Of a stretch of 64,000 nucleotides of DNA, positions 48,571 through 57,201 are shown in pieces (position 1 is the first letter of the stretch; the number at the start of each line of letters is the position of its first letter). The stretch is from Clostridiales bacterium (GTDB lineage: Bacteria; Bacillota; Clostridia; Oscillospirales; CAG-272), in the NCBI GenBank assembly GCA_012837425.1, contig DURE01000050.1:9278-73277 (forward strand), written 5' to 3'. The notes beneath the pieces are model-generated. The model had not been told where the DNA came from, did no database searches, and was given only the letters and a program-made list of their open reading frames with translations. A program made the translations under genes and the position numbers.

Positions 48571-50844
48571 ATGAAAAAACTTATATCATTATTGCTTGTT
48601 CTGACAACATTAGCAATGTTAACAGCAATTTTTTCTGTTAATACAATGGCTGCCTGGGATGGAAAGAAAACAGACCTCGCATGGTACAACACAACCGACA
48701 CCGAGTTCACGCTGACTACGGGGGCGCAGTTGGCCGGACTTGCGGCGATTGTAAACGGCAAGGCCACCGGAATCGCCGCCGATAATTTCGCGGGAAAAAC
48801 CATTCTGCTCGGGGACGATATTGATCTGGGCGGGTTCAACTGGACTCCGATTGCGACCAACGTAGGTGCCTCAAGCGCCACAGGATTCATGGGAATCTTT
48901 GACGGTCAGCAGCACAGCATCAGCAATCTTGCGTATTATTTAGATGCAGACAGAAAGACTATTGACGGCGCTTATATCGGTTTATTCGGGCTCCTTGGCG
49001 GAACGGCCAAAAATATCAACTTTGTCAGCGCCACAGTCGTCAACACCGCACCCCTCAACGCCGGGATTGCCGCCGGCCGGGTGCTTTCAGGCGGGGTGCT
49101 GTCACAGTGCTCTATCGATGCTGATTCTGTTTATGAAAGCGGTACCAATACTAACGGCATGTTTGTCGGACGCTTGATGGGCGGTGGCACCATTGAATAC
49201 TGCATAAACTACGGCACGCTGTACGCATACGGTATCAGCACCCAAAATATTATTGCCGGCGGTATTACAGGACTTTCGGAGAGCGGCAGCTTTATCAAAA
49301 ACTGCGTAAACTATGGCGATGTGTACGGAGAAATTGAGGACAATAACCCCGGACAGGTGGGCCTTGCGGGTATTGTGGCATTCGCATCCAAAACGGTAAT
49401 TGAAAACTGCGTAAATTACGGAAATATAACAATTACTGATGTAACCCTCAATACCAAAAGCGGAGTCGGCGGCATTGTCGGCAAATTTCACGCGGCAGAC
49501 ACAACAGTAACCAACTGCTATAACTTCGGATCTGTTACAGGCAAGGACGGCGACACCGTGCGGACCGGACTTATCCTCGGCTTCGCTCAGAGAGCCGGCG
49601 AACTTGAGGATTGCTACTCCACACCGTCAGGAAACCTTGACGTTGCAGGTTCCGGAAATCCGGAGAACATTACTGCCAACAACACAGGCGTCGTCAGCGA
49701 GAAAGACGCAGGATATGCTGCAATTAAGACCGAAGTTCAAACAATTGAGAGTACAATTAATCAGGTCGATGTGCCGAGGAAGACCGACGGCTTTGGATAT
49801 CCGATAATCAATTTGAAGGAAATCGCCACACCTACGGTTTCATTCGGCGACGAAGAAAGCCACCCCCGCTTCTTGAGCGACAACGCCAACACGCGCTGGA
49901 GCGCAAACGGCTATACCGGCACCGAAGAGCCCTGGGTGCAGTATGAATTCCCCTGCAGGCTTTCGGTAACCGGTTGTGTCATAAAGTGGTACAACGATGG
50001 CAGCGGCAGCAAAAAGCCGGAGGAACTTGACATTCAGTACTGGAACGGCGAGGAGTTTTTATCGGTTATCGGCGCTTACGACGAGTTTCTAAATAATGTT
50101 TACTTATTCAACACCGTAGAGACGACCATCCTTCGTATCGTCATGACCCCCGTCGGCACACTTGGCGGCGACGGCAGCGGCATGCCGGCAATTGCCGAAT
50201 GGAGTATCATCGGGAAACTGGCCGAGGGAGCCGTGGTTCCGAAGCCCGAAATACTGAGTATCGCAAGTATTGCCAAACCCTCGGCGACATTTGCGAGCAA
50301 GACTGACTTTGTCTTCAATCTGAACGACAACACCGACGCGCGCTGGAGCGCAAACGGCTATACCGGCATAGATAAGCCCTGGGTGCAGTATACACTCCCG
50401 CTCAAAGTGTCGGCTGACAGCTGCATAATTAAATGGTACGACGATGGCAGCGGCACCAGGGTTCCCAAGGCGATTGATATTCAGTATTGGGACGGCACGG
50501 AATTTTTACCGGTTGAAAAGATTGGGGTATACACTTATATCCCCAATCAGGACAACATCTATAAATTCAAGAATATTGACACCAATATTCTCCGTATAAT
50601 CATAACCCCCGCAGGTCAGCTCGGCGGGGACGGAAAAGGGATGCCCGGCATTGTCGAGTGGAATGTAATGGGTTATGTGTTCATGGAGTATACTGAAAAC
50701 GACATGATGAACGCCTATATCGCCGCAGCCGGCAAGGAACCCGATACCGGCGACGCCACAATCTATGTTACTATTGCCATGGCGGTCTCCTTCATCTCGC
50801 TTGCCGCGCTGGTCGTGTCAAAGCGCAGGAGCCGCGTGAAATAA
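48571..50844 (+). CDS. Cell-surface protein: signal peptide, GLUG-like beta-helix region, two discoidin (F5/8 type C)-like modules, and a C-terminal sorting-signal-like tail
   Basis: Signal peptide MKKLISLLLVLTTLAMLTAIFSVNTMA. Repeats of the form NC(V/Y)N(Y/F)G.(V/I)..(G)GI(V/T)G. Two modules of about 149 aa with ..RWSANGYTG...PWVQY...IKWY.DGSG....IQYW.G.EF... C-terminus EPDTGD, then the hydrophobic ATIYVTIAMAVSFISLAALVV, then SKRRSRVK. Confidence 0.8.
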   Translation: MKKLISLLLVLTTLAMLTAIFSVNTMAAWDGKKTDLAWYNTTDTEFTLTTGAQLAGLAAIVNGKATGIAADNFAGKTILLGDDIDLGGFNWTPIATNVGASSATGFMGIFDGQQHSISNLAYYLDADRKTIDGAYIGLFGLLGGTAKNINFVSATVVNTAPLNAGIAAGRVLSGGVLSQCSIDADSVYESGTNTNGMFVGRLMGGGTIEYCINYGTLYAYGISTQNIIAGGITGLSESGSFIKNCVNYGDVYGEIEDNNPGQVGLAGIVAFASKTVIENCVNYGNITITDVTLNTKSGVGGIVGKFHAADTTVTNCYNFGSVTGKDGDTVRTGLILGFAQRAGELEDCYSTPSGNLDVAGSGNPENITANNTGVVSEKDAGYAAIKTEVQTIESTINQVDVPRKTDGFGYPIINLKEIATPTVSFGDEESHPRFLSDNANTRWSANGYTGTEEPWVQYEFPCRLSVTGCVIKWYNDGSGSKKPEELDIQYWNGEEFLSVIGAYDEFLNNVYLFNTVETTILRIVMTPVGTLGGDGSGMPAIAEWSIIGKLAEGAVVPKPEILSIASIAKPSATFASKTDFVFNLNDNTDARWSANGYTGIDKPWVQYTLPLKVSADSCIIKWYDDGSGTRVPKAIDIQYWDGTEFLPVEKIGVYTYIPNQDNIYKFKNIDTNILRIIITPAGQLGGDGKGMPGIVEWNVMGYVFMEYTENDMMNAYIAAAGKEPDTGDATIYVTIAMAVSFISLAALVVSKRRSRVK
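49813..50680 (+). repeat. Tandem duplication of the discoidin-like module
   Basis: There are 30-nt identical stretches (cgcgctggagcgcaaacggctataccggca) at about 49893 and about 50341, a period of about 448 nt. Confidence 0.8.
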
Positions 50845-50879
50845 ACAGATATCAGATAACCGGACAGAGAATAAATAAA

Positions 50880-50920
50880 GCAGGCCCGGGGCGGACAATG
50901 TCCGCCCCGGGCTGCTTTTT
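50880..50920. terminator. Bidirectional terminator between the convergent surface-protein and binding-protein genes
   Basis: GCAGGCCCGGGGCGGAC-aat-GTCCGCCCCGGGCTGC followed by TTTTT, and preceded by an A-rich run. Confidence 0.8.
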
Positions 50921-50930
50921 GAACAATCAA

Positions 50931-52448
50931 CTATTGCTGCTGTTTCTGGAAGGAGACTATTATTTTTTCAAGCTGCTTTCCAAGCACCTTTTCGTAAGTC
51001 TTCATGGCGGTAGCCCATGAGCCGCCGGTCGTCATGGTTTTGCTGGGCAGCTCGCTCATATAAGAGAGGTCATTTGAAAAGATTCGTCCCTGGTCAAAGA
51101 CCGAAGTCCGGCGCAGGATATCGAACATCTGGGAGGAAATCTCCTCCTGCGAGTATTTGTATTTCATGTTGGTCTCAAACAGGGCAGGCGTGGTCAGCCG
51201 GTAGGCCTCGCTGCCCCAGCACTCGATAACTGCGGTAAACGGCGCTTTATCTTGTACGTCGGTCATAATGCAGTAAAGGGTAAACGGGTTGCCGATAATC
51301 GTGATGTAGTCGGCTTGATTCAGGTCATAAAGCGGGGTCGGAACAAGTCCGTATTTCCACTCGACGGCATTAAGCCCGCTGGCGTTGAGATTGTCGGCCA
51401 TGTAAACCCGGTTCTGGCAGAAGAGCGCGTTGCCGTTGACAAAGGGCACCTGATACGGGACTGCCCCGCCTGAAAGACTGACAAAGCAGTCGTTTGTGGT
51501 GAGCCATTTGCCAAGCTTATCGACCAGATTTATACACTTCTCGGAAAAGAAATCTTGGGATATTATCATGAGAGAATCGTCGTTTGTACGCTCAACCAGC
51601 TTCATGTTCGAGCCGGTGTAGAAAGCGTCGCAATGATAATATATCGTGCAGAACCCAAAGAAGTCTCCCTCGGATTTCTTTCCGTTACCGTCAAGGTCCT
51701 GATAAACGTTAGAGGTCATCTCAATGAGCTTGTCGAGCGTCCAGGTTTTGTTTAGTACATGTTCGGTGGGGTCGTCAAGTCCGTAGTCGTTAAGCAGGCC
51801 GGTGTTGTAATACATGGTGTACATGAAGTGCAGGGTGTTTGTTGAGGCGTCTCCCGAGACATAATAAAGGGCGTCCCCGACTCCTGCGGTCTCGACCAGC
51901 GCCTCGGGCCACCAGGGCATGTCGATGTCGATGTAGCTGTCTTCAATGCCGTTGAGGTCAGCGAGGTAGCCTTGAATGGCAAGCATACCTGCGGTGCGGC
52001 TGTATGTGGCGATAATATCGTATGCCCGCTCGCCGGCATTAAAGCTGTTCATGACTTTAGCCACAAAGTCCCCGCGATAACTATTGTTTCCGGGTATGCC
52101 AATAAAGGAAAGGTCAACCCCGAGACGTTCCTCGATATTCATATTGCGTTGGAATATTGCGTCTCCGACAACGTCACCCGTAATTTCGGTTTCTTCAAAT
52201 TCGGGCCGCTCGACATCCGACCAGTAAAGCACCCGGACATCCATGCCGTCGAAGTTAAGGTCGTCTGGGAGATTGTCCTTGATATACCCTTTTTCGTCAA
52301 GGTTGTCGTCGGTTTCGATCGAGTCGGTTTCCTTTGTATTGTCGGTTGTGGTCTCGGCTTCGTCCCCCGGTTTACCGCAGGCAGCCAAACCGGCAGCTAA
52401 AAACAGAATTGCTGCAAATAACGCAATCCACCTTTTTGAATTATTCAT
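50931..52448 (-). CDS. Solute-binding lipoprotein (LplA-like ABC substrate-binding family), paralog 3
   Basis: Signal peptide and lipobox ..LFLAAGLAAC. Homologous along its whole length to the ORFs at 7235 and 43742. Confidence 0.85.
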   Translation of the reverse strand: MNNSKRWIALFAAILFLAAGLAACGKPGDEAETTTDNTKETDSIETDDNLDEKGYIKDNLPDDLNFDGMDVRVLYWSDVERPEFEETEITGDVVGDAIFQRNMNIEERLGVDLSFIGIPGNNSYRGDFVAKVMNSFNAGERAYDIIATYSRTAGMLAIQGYLADLNGIEDSYIDIDMPWWPEALVETAGVGDALYYVSGDASTNTLHFMYTMYYNTGLLNDYGLDDPTEHVLNKTWTLDKLIEMTSNVYQDLDGNGKKSEGDFFGFCTIYYHCDAFYTGSNMKLVERTNDDSLMIISQDFFSEKCINLVDKLGKWLTTNDCFVSLSGGAVPYQVPFVNGNALFCQNRVYMADNLNASGLNAVEWKYGLVPTPLYDLNQADYITIIGNPFTLYCIMTDVQDKAPFTAVIECWGSEAYRLTTPALFETNMKYKYSQEEISSQMFDILRRTSVFDQGRIFSNDLSYMSELPSKTMTTGGSWATAMKTYEKVLGKQLEKIIVSFQKQQQ

Positions 52449-52509
52449 AACAGTATCCTCCGCTTGTGGCGTTTTTCCTCCTTCTTAACAAAATATTAAT
52501 TGTACAAAC

Positions 52510-52538
52510 ATTATATCAATCAAATACAAGTTTGTCAA
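52510..52538 (-). promoter_or_regulatory. Sigma-A-type promoter of paralog 3
   Basis: On the minus strand: TTGACA, a 17-nt spacer, then TATAAT. Confidence 0.6.
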
Positions 52539-52633
52539 TAAAACTGTTCAGAAAATTAAAACACAATTGACAAAATATTATCAAAATGTGATAACGCTAA
52601 GAGAAATCCAACCTGAAAGTAAGAAGTGTCCGG

Positions 52634-52662
52634 TTAAGCGGGGCGCGGGCGCGCCCCGTGCG
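52634..52662 (-). repeat. Composite hairpin repeat, copy R7 (GC hairpin part only)
   Basis: Sequence ttaagcggggcgcgggcgcgccccgtg, downstream of the citrate synthase stop codon. Confidence 0.5.
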
Positions 52663-52751
52663 GTTTTTCATCTCTGGAATTATTTGCGCCCCCGGATTTT
52701 CAAACCCATAAATCAAAAAGGACACCGGCACAATCCGGTGACCTTTTTGGG

Positions 52752-54140
52752 TTATCTTTCGTCAAGCGGCTTGTACTGCCTTGCGCGCTCGATGCATTTG
52801 TAGCCCGGACGAATGATTCTGCGAGCGGTTGCATACTCCTCCATTCGGTGGGCGCACCAGCCTGCCACCCGCGCCACGGCAAAGAGGGGAGTGTAGAGCT
52901 CAACCGGTATGTCGAGCATACGGTAAACCAGCCCCGAATAAAGGTCGACATTCGCGCAGATTGCCCGGTCGGTTTTTTTGTATTCGTTGAACACCAAAGG
53001 GGTCAGCCTTTCAATGCGCTCAAGCAATTCAAAATCATCCAGGTATCCCTTGGCCTCGGCCAGGCTTTTTGCGTAGCGCTTGAGCATAACGGCACGGGGG
53101 TCTGAGCGCGTGTAGATAGCGTGTCCCATGCCGTAAATAAGTCCGCTGCCGTCATTGGCCTCGCCCTTGAGTATTTTAAGCAGGTAGTCCGAGAGCTCGC
53201 CGTCGTCTTTTGGGTTTTTGACACTTGCCTTTATATTTTCAAACATTTCCTCGACCTTGATGTTGGCGCCGCCGTGCCTCGGCCCCTTGAGCGACCCGAC
53301 GGCAGCTGAGATTGCCGAGTATGTATCGGTTCCCGAGGAGGAGAGCACCCGGCAGGCAAAAGAGGAGTTGTTGCCTCCACCGTGCTCGGCGTGGAGCACA
53401 AGGCACAAATCGAGCAGGTGTGCCTCCTGTTCGGTAAAGGATTTGTTTGAGCGCAAAATGCGCAGGAAGTTCTGCGCGGTAGAGAGCTCGGGGCGGGGAT
53501 AGTGGAGGTGCAGGCTGCGGTCAAAGAAATAGTTTTTGTATATCGCATAGGAATGCGCGGCGACAACAGGCATGCGGGCGGTTATCTCGATGCTCTGGCG
53601 GAGCATATTTCCAAGGGAGGTGTCGTCTGGGTTCTCGTCATACGCATAAAGTGCCAGCACCCCGGTGGCTATCTTGTTCATCAGCGAACGGCAGGGCGCC
53701 TTCATCAGTATATCTTCGGTGAATCTGGGGGGCAGGCGGCGGTAGGCGTCAAGCAAAGCGCAAAAGTCGCAGAGCTGCGAGCGGGTGGGCAGCTCGCCGA
53801 AAAAGAGCAGGTAGGTGCACTCCTCAAAGCCGTATCTGCCCTCGGCCGCGTAGTTTTCAACAAGCTGGCTGACGTCGTACCCGCGGTATTCGAGCACACC
53901 CTCGGTCGGGACACGTTCGCCCTCGTAGATTATGTAACCATGCGCATTGCCGATTTTGGTAACGCCGGCGGTGATGCCGGTCCCGTCGGCCTCGCGCAGC
54001 CCCCGCTTGACGCGGTAACTGTTAAAGGCCTCCTCGGGTATCGAGTATGCAATCCTAGCCTCGCCGATGAATTTGTCAAGGAGGCCGTTTATATCTTTTG
54101 AATTGTCGGAATGTGAAATGTTGTCGTTGCGATATTGCAT
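52752..54140 (-). CDS. gltA: Citrate synthase (citrate/2-methylcitrate synthase family)
   Basis: Catalytic blocks LVLHAEHGGGNNS, GPRHGGAN and GMGHAIY, with the conserved Asp in NVDLYSG. Length 462 aa. Confidence 0.92.
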   Translation of the reverse strand: MQYRNDNISHSDNSKDINGLLDKFIGEARIAYSIPEEAFNSYRVKRGLREADGTGITAGVTKIGNAHGYIIYEGERVPTEGVLEYRGYDVSQLVENYAAEGRYGFEECTYLLFFGELPTRSQLCDFCALLDAYRRLPPRFTEDILMKAPCRSLMNKIATGVLALYAYDENPDDTSLGNMLRQSIEITARMPVVAAHSYAIYKNYFFDRSLHLHYPRPELSTAQNFLRILRSNKSFTEQEAHLLDLCLVLHAEHGGGNNSSFACRVLSSSGTDTYSAISAAVGSLKGPRHGGANIKVEEMFENIKASVKNPKDDGELSDYLLKILKGEANDGSGLIYGMGHAIYTRSDPRAVMLKRYAKSLAEAKGYLDDFELLERIERLTPLVFNEYKKTDRAICANVDLYSGLVYRMLDIPVELYTPLFAVARVAGWCAHRMEEYATARRIIRPGYKCIERARQYKPLDER

Positions 54141-54284
54141 GGCTGGTGCCTTTCTGCATGGTATGGTAGCATATTATAACACATGGCCGCAAAATGTGCA
54201 AGTATGAATAATAAAATTTTCATAATAGTTATAAACTGCCCCTTTGGTGCCAAAGGTCAGCTGCCGGTTGCCGGCCTAAAATTA

Positions 54285-54311
54285 AATCCGCAACAGCGGC
54301 TGTTGCGGATT
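54285..54311 (-). terminator. Probable terminator downstream of the small membrane protein gene
   Basis: AATCCGCAACAG-cgg-CTGTTGCGGATT. On the minus strand it is followed by TAATTTTAGG. Confidence 0.5.
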
Positions 54312-54326
54312 TCTGAGTAACTCCTG

Positions 54327-54430
54327 AAGTTTTTTGAGAATTCTTTAGGGGACTTTTTTATAAGTCCCCCAATAGGGTGCGGGGCAGAGCCCCGCAGACC
54401 TTTCCTTAAGCTGCGGGGCAGAGCTCCGCA
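54327..54430 (-). repeat. Composite hairpin repeat, copy R8 (long form with two GC hairpins)
   Basis: Sequence gaagttttttgagaattctttaggggacttttttataagtcccccaatagggtgcggggcagagccccgcagacctttccttaagctgcggggcagagctccgca. Its reverse complement ends in AAAAAGTCCCCTAAAGAATTCTCAAAAAACTTC, matching the tail of R9. Confidence 0.85.
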
Positions 54431-54444
54431 ACTTAATTCAGCCC

Positions 54445-54690
54445 TTATTCTGCCGGGGAATCGGCCTCGGTGTTGTCGGCCTCGTCCTCATAGCAGACGT
54501 CGCAGTCCTCGCATCCGTCCTCGATGAAGTCCTCGCATTCCTTTTCTTCAAGTTTGAAATATTTTCCGAACAGCTTGTAGACGGCATATGCCACTGCGCC
54601 GGCGGCCGCGATTGCCGCAAGTGTGATTAAGACAATCTTTGTGTAGTTCGGTTCTTTCGGTTTTCTTCTGCACCAGTTCCAGTTAAACAT
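54445..54690 (-). CDS. Small single-pass membrane protein with an acidic, Cys-rich C-terminal tail
   Basis: Strong RBS AAAGGAGG 6 nt before the ATG. TM helix IVLITLAAIAAAGAVAYAVY. Tail EEKECEDFIEDGCEDCDVCYEDEADNTEADSPAE. Confidence 0.6.
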   Translation of the reverse strand: MFNWNWCRRKPKEPNYTKIVLITLAAIAAAGAVAYAVYKLFGKYFKLEEKECEDFIEDGCEDCDVCYEDEADNTEADSPAE

Positions 54691-54941
54691 AAGGTACCTC
54701 CTTTTGACAAGCGTTTTATCAGAATTGCTGAAGCTCTGATTACTTTAAGTATATCATATTTTTTGCATAAAGCAATATTATATTGTTAATTTATTCTGAG
54801 CCGTTTGTAAATTAAATATGCGGGCGCGCGCAATTTTTCGGGATTCCCTTTCATTCGGCAGGATTTTTTGGTATAATCAGAGTTAAAGGCATACAGGCTT
54901 TTACTGGCACAAAACATGGTAGAATGGTTTAGGCAGCGAGT

Positions 54942-55772
54942 ATGACATACCAGAAAATCTGCAAGATTCTGTCGGATGCGGGAATAGCCGGGGCTCGATA
55001 TGAGGCGGCGCTTTTGCTCGAGCATTTCAGTGGTGTGAACCGAGCAGAGTTGCCGCTTGTAAGGGATAAGGAATTTGGTATCCCGGAGCTTTTGGCGGCG
55101 GTAGAGCGGAGGGCAGCCCGGTATCCGCTGCAGTATATTCTGGGAGAGTGGAGCTTCTGCCGGGAGAAATACGAGCTGACCCCCGACTGCCTCATCCCGC
55201 GGGCCGACACCGAGCTTCTGGTCGATGCGGCGGCCCGGCTGATTCCCCCGGGCGGCAGCTTTATCGACGCCGGAACCGGGTGCGGCTGTATTGCAATCTC
55301 GCTGCTTGCCGCAAGGCAGGATATCACGGGCTGCGCCTTTGACATATCTCCCGGGGCGCTTGAGTGTGCAAGGCGGAACGCCGAGGCAAACCGGGTTTCA
55401 GGCAGACTTGAGCTTTTGCAGGGCAACATGCTTGACAGGCAGTTCTTCCTTGATGTCGGGGTATTCGATGCGGTTATCTCAAACCCGCCCTACATTCCGA
55501 GCGGCGAGATACCCGGGCTTGAGCCCGAGCTGAGTTTTGAGCCCCGGGCGGCGCTCGACGGGGGAGCCGACGGGCTGGTCTTCTACCGGGGTCTTATATC
55601 AAACGCAGGCGTGGTGCTGCGGGAGGACGGTGTGATAGTTTTTGAGGTCGGTTTTGCTCAGGCTGCGCAGGTGGGGAATATTGCAAAGGCTGCCGGATAT
55701 AATTGTATAAGGACACTCAAAGACATCGAAGGCCGGGACCGGGTATTGGTTCTCGGCAGGGTTAGGCGGTGA
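54942..55772 (+). CDS. prmC: Peptide chain release factor N5-glutamine methyltransferase
   Basis: Sequence PLQYILGEWSFCRE.., SAM motif IDAGTGCGCIAI, and the catalytic NPPY (VISNPPYIP). Confidence 0.93.
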   Translation: MTYQKICKILSDAGIAGARYEAALLLEHFSGVNRAELPLVRDKEFGIPELLAAVERRAARYPLQYILGEWSFCREKYELTPDCLIPRADTELLVDAAARLIPPGGSFIDAGTGCGCIAISLLAARQDITGCAFDISPGALECARRNAEANRVSGRLELLQGNMLDRQFFLDVGVFDAVISNPPYIPSGEIPGLEPELSFEPRAALDGGADGLVFYRGLISNAGVVLREDGVIVFEVGFAQAAQVGNIAKAAGYNCIRTLKDIEGRDRVLVLGRVRR

Positions 55773-55776
55773 TGAC

Positions 55777-56820
55777 ATGAATATCGTGGTGCTTGCCGGG
55801 GGGCTGTCCCCCGAGCGCGATGTGTCGCTGGTCTCGGGCGGGCTTATAGCCCGGGCGCTTGCCGGGCGGGGACATAAGGTTTTTCTTCTCGACGTATATG
55901 AGGGCGTGTCGCTTGAGGGCGTGTCGCCGGCCGAGCTCTTTACCGGTAGACCGGAGTATAATTTTACAATAACGCAAGAAGTCCCGGATCTTGAAGAAGT
56001 CCGGCGGCAGAACAACTACCGCCGCGAGCTTGTTGGCGAGGGGGTCCTTGAGGTCTGCCGCGCGGCCGACGTGGTATTTATCGCCCTGCATGGGGACATG
56101 GGCGAAAATGGGCAGATTCAGGCGGTATTTGATGTTTTGCGGATAAAATATACCGGCACCGGATATGCCGGCAGTCTGCTGGCAATGGATAAGGATATAA
56201 GCAAGCGCCTGCTGAAACTCGGCGGGGTCCCGACGCCCGACTGGGTATATTACGACACCAAAGCCGACCGGCCCGATAGAATCCTTGATACCATAGGGCT
56301 GCCCTGCGTTGTAAAGCCCGCGGACTGTGGCTCGAGTGTCGGGGTATCCATGGTTGAAGTGCCCGGGGAGCTTGATGCAGCTATCTCGCTGGCCGCCGGT
56401 TACGGGCGTTATCTGGTGGTTGAAAAGAAGATTGCCGGGCGGGAGTTTTCTGTAGGGGTGCTCGACGGCCGGGTGCTGCCGGCTATTGAAATAATTCCAA
56501 GGTCTGGATTTTATGATTATGTCAACAAATATCAGGGGCTGACAGACGAGGTCTGCCCGGCTGATATTACCGACGCCGAATCCCGAAAAATGGCAGAATA
56601 TTCGCTCTGCGCCTTTGACATACTCCGGCTCTACGGATATGCGAGATTTGATTACATACTTGATGCCGAGGGCGAGCTCTGGTGTCTTGAGGCCAACACC
56701 CTGCCCGGGATGACGCCCTACAGCCTTCTGCCCCGGGAGGCGGCGGCCGCCGGAATTGATTACGGCGAGCTCTGCGAGATAATTGCCCGGCAGGGGCTCA
56801 AAAGATTTGACAATAATTAA
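55777..56820 (+). CDS. ddl: D-alanine--D-alanine ligase
   Basis: Sequence MNIVVLAGGLSPERDVSLVSG... and an ATP-grasp domain with C-terminal ..EANTLPGMTPYSLLP. Confidence 0.95.
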   Translation: MNIVVLAGGLSPERDVSLVSGGLIARALAGRGHKVFLLDVYEGVSLEGVSPAELFTGRPEYNFTITQEVPDLEEVRRQNNYRRELVGEGVLEVCRAADVVFIALHGDMGENGQIQAVFDVLRIKYTGTGYAGSLLAMDKDISKRLLKLGGVPTPDWVYYDTKADRPDRILDTIGLPCVVKPADCGSSVGVSMVEVPGELDAAISLAAGYGRYLVVEKKIAGREFSVGVLDGRVLPAIEIIPRSGFYDYVNKYQGLTDEVCPADITDAESRKMAEYSLCAFDILRLYGYARFDYILDAEGELWCLEANTLPGMTPYSLLPREAAAAGIDYGELCEIIARQGLKRFDNN

Positions 56821-56829
56821 ACTTATGGA

Positions 56830-56866
56830 AGACCGGCTTATGAGCGGCGTCGCTTAGCCGGTCTTT
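56830..56866 (+). terminator. Probable terminator after ddl
   Basis: AGACCGGCT-(16 nt)-AGCCGGTCT followed by TTGTG. Confidence 0.5.
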
Positions 56867-56976
56867 GTGCTGACAGATTTGCCAGGAAAATATCATAATA
56901 ACAAGCTGCCGGCCATGAGAATAATAATAAAACAAGGCCGCTGTGCCGTGCGGCTGTGAAAATAATTCGGGTGATA

Positions 56977-57005
56977 TTGACAGAGCCGCGTCGGTATGCT
57001 AAAAT
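56977..57005 (+). promoter_or_regulatory. Sigma-A-type promoter driving the riboswitch and ATPase transcript
   Basis: TTGACA (56977-56982), a 17-nt spacer, then TAAAAT (57000-57005). Confidence 0.6.
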
Positions 57006-57012
57006 GTTCGCG

Positions 57013-57131
57013 GCATAGGGGAGTAGTTCGCGTCAACGACGCGCTCCGGGTCAACACACATGGCAGTGCCGTGCGGTGCTGTCTGGTCCGGATAGGCTGC
57101 CGGCACGGTGGAGGATGAACGAGACTTATGC
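57013..57131 (+). promoter_or_regulatory. Probable yybP-ykoY family (Mn2+-sensing) riboswitch aptamer
   Basis: The 5' strand GCATA-GGGGAGTAG carries the family signature GGGGAGUAG. The 3' strand AAC-GAGAC-TTATGC carries the A-GAC element. The two strands close a P1 helix (GCATA/TATGC). The element lies in the leader of a P-type ATPase gene, which is a known genomic context for this family (e.g. Lactococcus lactis yoaB). Confidence 0.65.
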
Positions 57132-57161
57132 GCGGTATTTCGTGCATATGTCCGTTTTTTT
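57123..57161 (+). terminator. Expression-platform intrinsic terminator overlapping the 3' strand of riboswitch P1
   Basis: GACTTATGC-(12 nt)-GCATATGTC (9 bp, one mismatch), followed by CGTTTTTTT. Its 5' arm is the same sequence that pairs in P1, so the two structures are mutually exclusive. Confidence 0.6.
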
Positions 57162-57201
57162 GTATATAGAAGGCTATTTCCCAAAAAAGGAGAGGTTGGT
57201 A

